The translations under genes were made by a program, and so were the position numbers. Positions 1-8,836 of a stretch of 64,000 nt of DNA are shown piece by piece; position 1 is the first letter of the stretch; the number at the start of each line of letters is the position of its first letter. The notes beneath the pieces were generated by a model, which saw nothing but the letters and a program-made list of their open reading frames with translations, made no database searches and was not told where the DNA came from. The stretch comes from Tubiluchus corallicola (lineage: Eukaryota > Animalia > Priapulida), in the NCBI GenBank assembly GCA_030141605.1, contig JAQGDQ010002369.1:806001-870000 (forward strand). The letters are read 5' to 3'.

Positions 1-720
1 CAAACTAATGAATTCCATTTCTGTGGATGCCTTTGCCGTCTCTTTCAGTTGAGAGATAATCTTGTCAATACGAGGATGTTCCTCAGGAAGGAGAGCCTTT
101 CGAAATTCTTTCAGATCTTTTTGGACACTTTTGAGAGTCCAGGCAAAATTACAGCCTGAAATTTTGTTTTTTTCGAGAGCTTGCAAGGTATGGGTGTCGG
201 TTTTGCGAAAAAGGCGGAAACAACATTGGGTTACTTTCATGTTGGTAGAGTTCCGGGCTATCCTGCATAATTTATTATAAATCGATCTTCCCTGGAGACC
301 AATCTTATTCATAAATCCTGAATACCAGAAGTCTCCATACGTAATCCTCTCGTAGAGCCTCTGATACGGCTCTTCCATCGCCCGAATCGATTGGATGGTG
401 GCAAAGATTTCCTTTTCTTCTGAAGTGAGGCCAAATCCAAAAAACCCAAGAACTCTCTTCCAGATTGATTTGGACTGGCTGATGTGATCAGCCAAAGATT
501 TCAAAGACCCGGTCAATTCACTGTACGTTTCAACCCGGCCAAACAGGCTGTATTCAGATCCTTTCTCGTATTTTCTGGCATAGGAAAGAGCCTGATGACA
601 AATTTCTTGAATTGCATCAATATTTTTTTGATCGGGGTTGAGCTCTTGCCGCCCGTCCCAATCGGATGCTCTTTGTTGAATTTGAGCAGAGTAGTTTCTA
701 ACTTCCTCTCGAATATGCAC
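1..720 (-). CDS. Hypothetical protein, 3' end runs off the window
   Basis: Manual translation gives an open frame from GTG at 720 (AAGGG upstream) to base 1 (VHIREEVRNYSAQ...SIWKRVLGFFGFG...EMEFISL). It is missing from the ORF track because there is no stop inside the window. Confidence 0.7.
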   Translation of the reverse strand, partial: MHIREEVRNYSAQIQQRASDWDGRQELNPDQKNIDAIQEICHQALSYARKYEKGSEYSLFGRVETYSELTGSLKSLADHISQSKSIWKRVLGFFGFGLTSEEKEIFATIQSIRAMEEPYQRLYERITYGDFWYSGFMNKIGLQGRSIYNKLCRIARNSTNMKVTQCCFRLFRKTDTHTLQALEKNKISGCNFAWTLKSVQKDLKEFRKALLPEEHPRIDKIISQLKETAKASTEMEFISL

Positions 721-957
721 TCATAGCCCTTATTGTTTATCGGCCACCAATTATACCCACATCTCATTAATGAACAGTTAAGAAATTTCATTTCAAAAAG
801 TTTTTTAAAACATTAAAAGTTTATTTGTGTTTTTCTTTTAAATTATGAGTTTAATATATTTTTTCCTTTAAAACAGAGGCTAAATATTCATAAGAGTATC
901 TTCTGCTTCAGCTTTGTTTTTCTCCTATCATTCTGCCATGCCACGACCTATCGCGCT

Positions 958-2145
958 TTGGCCGATCCTGACTTTTCTCCCTACATTGGATCCGAGGATT
1001 TGATCACAGCTCATGCTATCGTGCAAGCTTCTGAATATCCTCTTCGCAAAACATTTTCTAGTACCCGTTGGTGGAACTTTTTTCCAAGGACCATTGAACT
1101 CATCTGTTTTTGGTGGCCTCTGAATGAAGCAACGATGGTCGTTCAGCATGAAGTTTTCGGACACGGATATAGAATCCGAAGCCTTGATTCAAAGCTCGCC
1201 AAAGTTTCAGGATATGAATTCAATTGGCCTTTTCCGTATGGGAAAGGAGGTGGAGGTACTTCTTTTCAATTCGATGATCGGAATATGAGTACCTCCCGAC
1301 TTCTCGCTATCGATATAGCTGGAATGGAAGCAACAGCGATCCTTTCCAATCGGATACGTTTTAAGTGGCTGGAAAATGGAAGAGTCAATCCTTTGATTGC
1401 CTCGCTTTATAATGATTCCCATCACGACTTGACCTTCTATGTGCTCTCCTTAAAAGACGACTCCAAAATCGATGAGGGTCATGATGTCGATTCCTATATT
1501 CTTCTTCTCAATGCAACCTATTCTTTTACTCATCTCAGCAAATCAACATTGAAGAAAAGAGCGCTCATCAACTTCATCGATCCCTTTACTCTTTATGCAC
1601 TTTGGGCGCAGATTCGCTATCTCGCACGAGGAAAAGATACCCGCCTTCATGGGATCCCTATTTATGCCTATGAATATCTACCTTCTGTTCGTTTGGGCCT
1701 CACGCCTTTCGGACCTGAATATTTTTTAGAGAGTTTTCTCTGGAAAGATCATCGTCCTGTTTATTTCTATCTGAAATGGGGAAAACATGGAAAAAATCAA
1801 TACTGGGGCCTTGGTGTGGAAATGGACGAACTTTTTAAAGAAGACTTCTATTCTTTTGGATTCCGATTTGATGGTTGGTACCAACCCAAAATATTGGTCT
1901 CCCCCGGTCCCGTCCCCACCATCGATGTTCTCGAGACCCAGCCTGACTTACTCTCTCCTGGATATCCCGAAAACGTCCTAACACAAAAAAGGGCAGGAAT
2001 CAGTCTTTCGCTGATCGCTTCCTACCAATTGATCTCCAAAGTATTTGCGTATGGGCAACTCGGGTATAAGTCAATTGGGTTTCTTCCGGGAGAATCTCTC
2101 AGTGCCAGCCCTATATTCAGAGCCGGACTTCAAGCCCGCTTTTGA
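958..2145 (+). CDS. Putative outer-membrane protein with an HExxGH motif
   Basis: The C-terminal half has alternating aromatic beta-strands and ends in Phe (RAGLQARF). QHEVFGHG motif is present. The frame stays open upstream with a signal-peptide-like stretch (KSIFCFSFVFLLSFCHA, ~892-942), so the start is uncertain. Confidence 0.65.
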   Translation: MADPDFSPYIGSEDLITAHAIVQASEYPLRKTFSSTRWWNFFPRTIELICFWWPLNEATMVVQHEVFGHGYRIRSLDSKLAKVSGYEFNWPFPYGKGGGGTSFQFDDRNMSTSRLLAIDIAGMEATAILSNRIRFKWLENGRVNPLIASLYNDSHHDLTFYVLSLKDDSKIDEGHDVDSYILLLNATYSFTHLSKSTLKKRALINFIDPFTLYALWAQIRYLARGKDTRLHGIPIYAYEYLPSVRLGLTPFGPEYFLESFLWKDHRPVYFYLKWGKHGKNQYWGLGVEMDELFKEDFYSFGFRFDGWYQPKILVSPGPVPTIDVLETQPDLLSPGYPENVLTQKRAGISLSLIASYQLISKVFAYGQLGYKSIGFLPGESLSASPIFRAGLQARF

Positions 2146-2766
2146 TAAATCCAGAATGCCTGGAAAGGATTGGCTTTATAATCTATGTAACAATGCAAAG
2201 AATCCTGATCTATACGATAAAAGATAGCATCAAAGATTTGGCGTATAGATATGGATTGGGCGATAAATGGCATAATATTCACCCGACTTCGACAAGGCAA
2301 TCCTTTCAGGTTGGCATGATTCCCTGAAAAACAGAGAACCTCCGGGTTTCAGCCATTGAAACATCCGGTCACGGAATGCAAGAACTTCTTCATCCTCCAA
2401 ATACATCATCAGCCAATTGATGAAGATAAAATCAAACTGACCTTCTTCAAAGTTCAAGTCCATGACATCGGACTGGATATACTGAATATTCTTCTTGTTT
2501 CGATGGCGCTTTTTGTTTTCTTCTAAAAATGAGGAGACTAGATCCACAGAAATCACAGACTTTGCACTTGTAGCAACAGCACCAGTAAACCTGCCGACTC
2601 CCCCACCAAGCTCCAAAACATCCAAATCATTGCATGGAGGTAGTTTTGAGAGAATTTCTTTTTTCTCTGCATTTTCTAATTCTAGATTCCTTATAAGAAC
2701 CATATTCAAGTCGATAGGGAGAATGTCATCATTCCAAAAACTGATGACCTTTTCTTTTCTATTCAT
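2130..2766 (-). CDS. Phosphoethanolamine N-methyltransferase MT1-like SAM methyltransferase (1-nt frameshift near 2240)
   Basis: Motifs EILSKLPP-VLELGGGVGRFTG, NWLMMYLEDEEV and WLKPGGSLFFRESC. Removing one base near 2240 restores IYTQIFD...CYIDYKANPFQAFWIYQKRA*, with the stop at 2130-2132. Confidence 0.75.
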
Positions 2767-2838
2767 AACAGAATTCTTTTCCTCCTCTCTGGATCTAAGC
2801 AAATTGTAAGGGTGTAGTCAAATAAAAATTTAAATCCA

Positions 2839-2867
2839 TTGCTTGGATAAGGAGATCTTCTTATAAT
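2839..2867 (+). promoter_or_regulatory. Sigma66/70-type promoter
   Basis: TTGCTT-N17-TATAAT, ending 21 nt upstream of the ATG at 2889. Confidence 0.55.
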
Positions 2868-2888
2868 GCCGCGCAAAAATAAGGGATT

Positions 2889-3232
2889 ATGGAATCTGCT
2901 ACTCTACATCTAAATCTAAATCAAAATTTAGTTGATAAGTCAGACCCTGGAAGGGCCCATTATGCTTTTCAGGCTGTGAAAGAGCCGTTTGTTCTGGTTG
3001 CTTCAACTGCAATGCGTATTGCAAAAATTGCTTTGCATTCAGTACTGTTGTTTTTTCTCTGCTTTTGACCTTGCCCTGCTTCTGTATTTCACCCTATTTT
3101 TATACAACCCTTACAACAAGTTCTTATAAGGTGGTAAAAGAAACTTTGGGAATTGGATGGGACTTGACTCTTTTTTTTAAGAAGGAACCCCTTCTTATCT
3201 ATGGGATTTTTCTTCCTCTCCCTCTAACATAA
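2889..3232 (+). CDS. Small hydrophobic Inc-like protein (frameshift in the T-run near 3055)
   Basis: ATG 2889 follows AAGGGA. Reads MESATLH...PFVLVASTAMRIAKIALHSVLLFF, then a shifted frame LLLTLPCFCISP...KETLGIGWD...IYGIFLPLPLT*. Paralog of 3923..4290. Confidence 0.55.
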
Positions 3233-3921
3233 TAAGCGTGAAATTCTCTTCCACCCGAAAGAAGTTCCATTTCTTCACTCTTATCTTCTAAAAATTCATC
3301 ACAGGCAAGTTTCACTCCAGGCAGACTATTCTGTGTCTTGTGTACTTCTGGGTCACAATAGTCATCGACAATCACTACCGCTCCTTCAGAAAGGCGGGGA
3401 TAAATTGCTTGCAGGGCCCTTTTTGTTCCGAGGTAAAAATCTAAATCGATATGGGCAAAGGAGATTTTTTCTGGCAGATACTTAGGAATGGTATCTTCGA
3501 TCCAACCTTCATGAATTTCAGGAAGAGGAACAGATAAGTTCTGGAATGTTTCTAGAAATTCGTCTTTGGGACATTGGAACCACCTTTCTTTCACTCTCCG
3601 ATTGTCGAGAAAAATCACTCTTTTGGCCTGATGATTTTCCTGTAGAAGGTCTCGATCGGACTTTTCTCCCAGCCCTTGAAAGGAATCGTAGACATGCAGC
3701 TTTTTTTCAGAATCGAACTGGATCAAAGTTTTTTGAAAAAGAAGAGAGGTCCATCCCCGGTAGCATCCTATTTCTACAACATCACCCTCGATTTCCCTGA
3801 TCAAAACTTCTCTTAAAAGGTAATAGAGATTCAAGTTCTGTTCGAGTCCCATCATGGACCGATTTTTTTCTTGAATTTCTTGAAGAAAGAAATTTCCTGA
3901 TTTTTTATGATCGTAAGACAA
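3199..3921 (-). CDS. TylF/MycF/NovP-family O-methyltransferase
   Basis: Motifs IEGDVVEIGCYRG, HVYDSFQGL, EGWIEDTIP, AHIDLDFY and VIVDDY. Confidence 0.85.
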   Translation of the reverse strand: MSYDHKKSGNFFLQEIQEKNRSMMGLEQNLNLYYLLREVLIREIEGDVVEIGCYRGWTSLLFQKTLIQFDSEKKLHVYDSFQGLGEKSDRDLLQENHQAKRVIFLDNRRVKERWFQCPKDEFLETFQNLSVPLPEIHEGWIEDTIPKYLPEKISFAHIDLDFYLGTKRALQAIYPRLSEGAVVIVDDYCDPEVHKTQNSLPGVKLACDEFLEDKSEEMELLSGGREFHAYYVRGRGRKIP

Positions 3922-3922
3922 T

Positions 3923-4290
3923 ATGACAACACCAGTTCAAGCAACTAGCTTTCCTAAGGACTCACTTTGTTGTAAAGAACTTAGTGACTGCATCCAGCTG
4001 AAAGCACGGATTACCTGTCTTGCAAGCAGCGTTATCCTTCCATTTGCCTATATAGCAACGACAATCGCCCGAGTAGCCTTGATCGGTCTCTACTTGGTCG
4101 GGCTCGCTTTTAGTCTGACCTTTTCCATCCCATTTTTATTTTGCCATCAGGAACTCAATGCCTTCACCGTTCATAATATGAAGGGTATGTGGGGCAAAAC
4201 ATTTTTGGAATGGGCTCAGATGCCTTCCGATTCCTCTTTATGGAAATCAAGGTCATCCTAGGTGCCCTCGTTCACCCAAGTATTGTCTAA
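3923..4290 (+). CDS. Small hydrophobic Inc-like protein (frameshift near 4205)
   Basis: Long hydrophobic bilobe (VILPFAYIATTIARVALIGLYLVGLAFSLTFSIPFLF). The shifted frame continues GMGSDAFRFLFMEIKVILGALVHPSIV* to 4290. Confidence 0.55.
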
Positions 4291-4646
4291 AGCCCCAAAT
4301 GTCCGCTGATTCGGCCCAAATTGAAACTGAAAATCTCCAAGAGGCCCGCTTCGCAATTTTCGTCATCGAATTTCTTATATACGTCTTCTAAGTCTTCGAT
4401 ATCCTGTTGCACTTTTCGCGGTAAGCCTTTGTGGTGGCTTTTCAGATCTTTTAGTAAACGTCCCATTTCCTGGTAAGTTTCCTTCATATGAGCTTCGATC
4501 TTGTTCTTCTCGCTCATGCTTCTGGCACTGTGGTATTTCTCGTGGTCAACCTGCATTTCAACAGCATGTTTGGCGAGAAAGCTAACATCAGAGCGAGCTT
4601 TGAGCATAGTCTTATTGTTGGAATCACTCCTAGCTCTAGCAGCCAT
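4287..4646 (-). CDS. Hypothetical helical protein, 119 aa
   Basis: Strong RBS (AAGGAGGAG) before the ATG. Charged amphipathic helices. No family recognised. Confidence 0.7.
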   Translation of the reverse strand: MAARARSDSNNKTMLKARSDVSFLAKHAVEMQVDHEKYHSARSMSEKNKIEAHMKETYQEMGRLLKDLKSHHKGLPRKVQQDIEDLEDVYKKFDDENCEAGLLEIFSFNLGRISGHLGL

Positions 4647-4875
4647 GTTCTCCTCCTTTCAGAAATAGGCAGGACTAATGAATTTAGCCCATCCCTTAAT
4701 TGTTATTATAACAGTTATGGTTTATTTGGGGTATAATATATATTTAATAATAAGCAAGATTCTTAATTACAATTATTTAAACAATTTTAAACATGATTAA
4801 ATCAGTTCAAATTTTCTATTGCCTTTGGGGATTTATTCCAGTATTGTTCCCCTTTTTCAACTCAGGAGACTCCCA

Positions 4876-5638
4876 ATGAAGACGGTGGATTTTTCACTAC
4901 AGACCCACCTATTTCTCAATGAGATCAAAAGACTTGTTCAGAGACATCCTCCAATGCTTTATTCCCAAAAACCAGATTCCTCTTCCCGGACCGAAAAAGA
5001 AGAAGCACTCATCCGCCACATAGAGAAAAGCATTCAACGTGCAGAGAAGGGAGAATCGGAGCTGAGCCCTGCAATATTAGCTTTGGAGGGATACTCGAGC
5101 GCAAAGGTAAGGCATTTCCTTAATAATCTGTGCAGCAGGGAAGGTACCAGGTATTTTGAAATTGGGACCTGGAAAGGATCTACTTTTATATCAGCTCTCT
5201 ATGGGAACCAGAAAAATCTGAAAGATGCAGTTGCGATCGATGACTGGTCGGAATTCGGAGGACCAGAAAAAGATTTTCGGTCCCATTGCGCAAGCTTCCT
5301 CTCTAAGGTCAAACACCGCTTCTATGCAGAGGACTGCTTTTCCATAGAACCCAGAGATTACTTTTCTGAGAAGATCAACCTCTATTTCTATGATGGAAAC
5401 CATAGTGCGGAACATCATGAAAGAGCTTTTACCTACTATGTCGAGATCTTTTCAGATCTCGTCATTAGCAGTCATTGATGACTGGAATGCCTATCACGTC
5501 CGCCAGGGAACATTCCAGGCCTTTGATAAATTGGGCTATAGAATCGCTTATGAGAAGGTCTTGCCTGCTAAATTCAGTGGAGATAAGGAAAATTGGTGGA
5601 ATGGAATCTATCTAGCTGTCATTCGAAGAGATCGATAA
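4876..5638 (+). CDS. Class I SAM methyltransferase, Methyltransf_24-like (frameshift near 5467)
   Basis: AGGAG RBS. Motifs YFEIGTWKGST, AIDDWSEFGG and FYDGNH. Removing one base joins DLVI to AVIDDWN...WWNGIYLAVI. Confidence 0.75.
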
Positions 5639-5773
5639 CTGGCTTTTTTAAAATATTGAACAGAGTTCTACTCAATATCTATTTTCCACTCATCTCTCTT
5701 ATTATCAGGAAATTATAAGACCAGTTAGCTCTCATCGGGGATTCTACAGGTCTTCTGGAAGGCCTTAGCAAGA

Positions 5774-6736
5774 TTAAATATTTTGAATCCAGCCAATTAG
5801 GATCTTGTCTAACCAATGGAAACCTTGGGAAGGGTAGCTGAGATAGCCGATATGTCCCCCTTTCTCAGTCTTGAAAATCGACACATTATCAGGGACGGTA
5901 ATCCCATCAAGAACACTTGCGCAGATGATAGGGTCGTCTTCTGCAAAGAGAATATGACAAGGGATCGTTATATCCGGAATGAGCGGAGCACTCGAACATT
6001 TTTCATAGTAGTCCATCGCACCGGAAAAACCGCATTGAGGGGCCGTGTATAGCTCATCAAAATCGAAGAAGCACATTTTCCTGGGTAGGTCCACTTTCGG
6101 TAGATCAGGAAAAATCTTATGTCGGTACATCACATCCGCTCTTAAGAGACGAATGAAATAGCGTTCATACATTCTGTTTGATCGATAGGATAGTAGATCC
6201 ACACTTGAATACAAATCGACGGGTGGATTGATGGCTATCACTTTCTTGAGAACTTCGGAAGCTGAAGATTTCAACTCCCCGGCAAGTTTCAAGACTATAT
6301 TGCCCCCCAATGAGAAACCGACTAAAACAGTAGGTGAATCGGGTGTTTCTGCTTTTAGAGCCTTCAAAGAATGAAGGACATCCTCGCTACGTCCACTATG
6401 ATATATATGCCTTGCCAGTCCTTTTCCAGAACCGCATCCTCTCATATTCATTCGAACAACCCTGATCCCCTTATCAAGGAGCTTATTGGTCATCCGGATG
6501 AGATAGGGAGAATGGTGTGATCCGGCAAGTCCATGGAGCATTACGACGGTCATATCCGTCGACTTCCAACCCTTAGGCATCGTGACTTCCAGGGAGATCT
6601 GGTCTTCATCGGGAAGACGGACTAGCATTTGCTCAGATCCAGGTTCTCTTTGCCAATTCAGCAATGATCCCATGACCGTCTGAGTATGCGCCCCCTTGAA
6701 AAGCGGAAAAGGAATGAAATTAAGATCTTCGCACAT
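5774..6736 (-). CDS. YheT/ABHD1-3-family alpha/beta hydrolase
   Basis: GAHTQT, LHGLAGS, MRGCG, YHSGRSED, nucleophile GFSLGG, AEDDP and GGHIGY. Confidence 0.88.
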   Translation of the reverse strand: MCEDLNFIPFPLFKGAHTQTVMGSLLNWQREPGSEQMLVRLPDEDQISLEVTMPKGWKSTDMTVVMLHGLAGSHHSPYLIRMTNKLLDKGIRVVRMNMRGCGSGKGLARHIYHSGRSEDVLHSLKALKAETPDSPTVLVGFSLGGNIVLKLAGELKSSASEVLKKVIAINPPVDLYSSVDLLSYRSNRMYERYFIRLLRADVMYRHKIFPDLPKVDLPRKMCFFDFDELYTAPQCGFSGAMDYYEKCSSAPLIPDITIPCHILFAEDDPIICASVLDGITVPDNVSIFKTEKGGHIGYLSYPSQGFHWLDKILIGWIQNI

Positions 6737-6808
6737 TATCTTCCCCTAATTTTAGTTTTCCAAATTAAAACAGAATTAATCAACAAATTTATTTTAATTT
6801 AATTTCTA

Positions 6809-7336
6809 TTAAGGACATTTAGTCACAGGGATGGACAGAAAAAAGACTAAGGATTCTTCTCCCGGATTCTTTCTTCCCATGCTGGCATTGGAAATATGAT
6901 AAAAATGAGCTCCGGCGCGCATGCAATTTTTAAAGCGCCACCCCTGCTCGATTCCGGAACGGAATTCTAGAGGAAAGCCCAGATCTTTTCCCCCTCCCTG
7001 CCGATACCATCCGGCAGCAAAGTTTGGAGTAAAGACGAGCCGTTGTTTGATGATGAAATCAAGCCCAAAGCCAAAATATAGATAAGTAGAGCCTTTGATC
7101 GTAGCCATAAGCCCTACGAGAGGACGGATCGATCCCCGGATTGTTTCCTTTTCTTTGAATAAAAGAGCCTCTAGCCTAGGACGGTATTCCACTCTGAATT
7201 CTGCCGTGCGGTGTTTTGCTTTAACGATGTTGAAAACCCCTCCCCCTATACTGATAAGGGCAGGTTCTTTATCTGCATAGAGATAGGGATTGAGAAGAAA
7301 GAAAAGGAGGAGAAATCGTTTCATTAGGAAATACAT
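6809..7336 (-). CDS. pagL: PagL-family lipid A 3-O-deacylase / acyloxyacyl hydrolase
   Basis: Signal peptide, GGGKDLG..LEFRS, and catalytic HISNA..NPGEES motif. Confidence 0.8.
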   Translation of the reverse strand: MYFLMKRFLLLFFLLNPYLYADKEPALISIGGGVFNIVKAKHRTAEFRVEYRPRLEALLFKEKETIRGSIRPLVGLMATIKGSTYLYFGFGLDFIIKQRLVFTPNFAAGWYRQGGGKDLGFPLEFRSGIEQGWRFKNCMRAGAHFYHISNASMGRKNPGEESLVFFLSIPVTKCP

Positions 7337-7406
7337 TACTTTTTCGATTACAAAAAATCAATCCCTTGCTAGGCTCCTGCCCCCTAACTTTTAATAGAGA
7401 TTCCTT

Positions 7407-8093
7407 ATGAAAATATTAAAGTCCATCCTCTTTTTAGCTGCATTTACCTCTCTTTTTGCAGCAGAAGACACATCCCATGTCATCATCAAAGAGCGAGCAG
7501 TCAGTGTAGAGAAACAGGATTGTCTGGAAATAGAACGTTCCAAAGAAAGCAGGCCGCCTCAGCAAAAGGTCAGGGCCGGAGCCTATTTTCGTACACAAAC
7601 AGTCCAGTACCCACCGTTTTACTTCCCTTCTTCTACTCACTGGCTCTCATCCGTCTCGATTTTGGGCGATTCCTTGGAAATCGAAGATGGTTCGTTTTGG
7701 AAAATTGCCTCAGGCGATGAATACAAAATCCTCTATTGGCAAGCCAGCGATCCTCTTGTGATCACTCAAAATACGAACTGGTTTTCCTATTACGACTACA
7801 AGATCATCAATAAAGCTGATGGATCTGTTGTCTATGCCAATCTTTCCATCGGACCAATCGTTGATGGAGAATATACCCACTGGATCGTTGCCATTGATTA
7901 TGCCAGAGGGGAAATCATTCTCGAAGATTATTCTCATTGGAAAGTCTGCTCAGCAGATGATTACCTTTTTGACGAATGGGCATTGAACGACACACTCATC
8001 ATTGGAGTCAATTCAGGGTGGCATTCCTCTACTTCCGAATACATATTGATCAACGTCAATATGAATAATTATATCCGAGCTTCACAATATTAA
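7407..8093 (+). CDS. Secreted hypothetical protein with two tandem ~70-aa beta-rich repeats
   Basis: Signal peptide. THWLSSV..LEIEDGSFWKI..W...DPLVI aligns with THWIVAI..IILEDYSHWKV..W..NDTLII. Confidence 0.75.
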   Translation: MKILKSILFLAAFTSLFAAEDTSHVIIKERAVSVEKQDCLEIERSKESRPPQQKVRAGAYFRTQTVQYPPFYFPSSTHWLSSVSILGDSLEIEDGSFWKIASGDEYKILYWQASDPLVITQNTNWFSYYDYKIINKADGSVVYANLSIGPIVDGEYTHWIVAIDYARGEIILEDYSHWKVCSADDYLFDEWALNDTLIIGVNSGWHSSTSEYILINVNMNNYIRASQY

Positions 8094-8108
8094 TCCGGGA
8101 GGAGAAAC

Positions 8109-8753
8109 ATGGAATGTTCAGCCGTTCTTCAACATGTTCAAAAACAAGATTTTCATGATTCAATGAAACAAACCAACTTGGATGTACAGGCATGCAGGAT
8201 CATGGTGATTGCTCTTGCCCTGTTTTCAAGTATTGCGAGCTTTCTGGTTTTCGATCCGATCACCTCTCTTACAGCAGGATGCTTTATTTGGACAGGCGCA
8301 TTGATCCTGTCATCAGATGGAGGTACCTATGAAACTTCTTGCTCTCCTCCTGTTTATGCTCCTCGTCCCTGGTATTCCTATGTGTCTCCCTGGCATTGGC
8401 GTCCCAAGACCTACTGTAGTGATCAATCCTTCCCCTACTGTAGTTAGACCTGTCCACGTTCACGACACACGACCAAGAGTAGCCGTTGGAACAAGAGAAG
8501 TGCACCATGCCCCTGTGCATACAAGACCTTTTCATACTTCGGCACCAACTCATCGTAATGTGCATCATGTTCCTACTCATCCTGTCAGGCATCACGACTC
8601 GCGGTCTCGTATTCCTGTAGGTGAACGAATGCATCGTCCCCTTCCGTACCGCATCATCCACCATCCAGGAGGACCAGTGTTCATCCGACAAGCATGAGAA
8701 GCGATCATCAAAGAAGCGCCCCGAGAGTACCTGTCGGGCAGCGGAGGCGGTAA
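8109..8753 (+). CDS. Inc-like membrane protein with a His/Pro/Arg-rich tail (two apparent frameshifts)
   Basis: GGAGGAG RBS and a hydrophobic hairpin (IMVIALALFSSIASFLVFDPITSLTAGCFIWTGALILS). The tail lies in ORF 8317..8697, and a final segment SDHQRSAPRVPVGQRRR* ends at 8753. Confidence 0.55.
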
Positions 8754-8836
8754 TTTTTTTTGTTAAGTATTTTTTTTAATGACAAAAATACATACGACGA
8801 TAAAAATGTTGGCCGCTTAAAACTTAGAGAGGAATT

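Noticed and set aside
513-791. 92-aa minus-strand ORF from the track
   Set aside because: It overlaps, in another frame, the much longer open frame 720..1 and is most likely a shadow.
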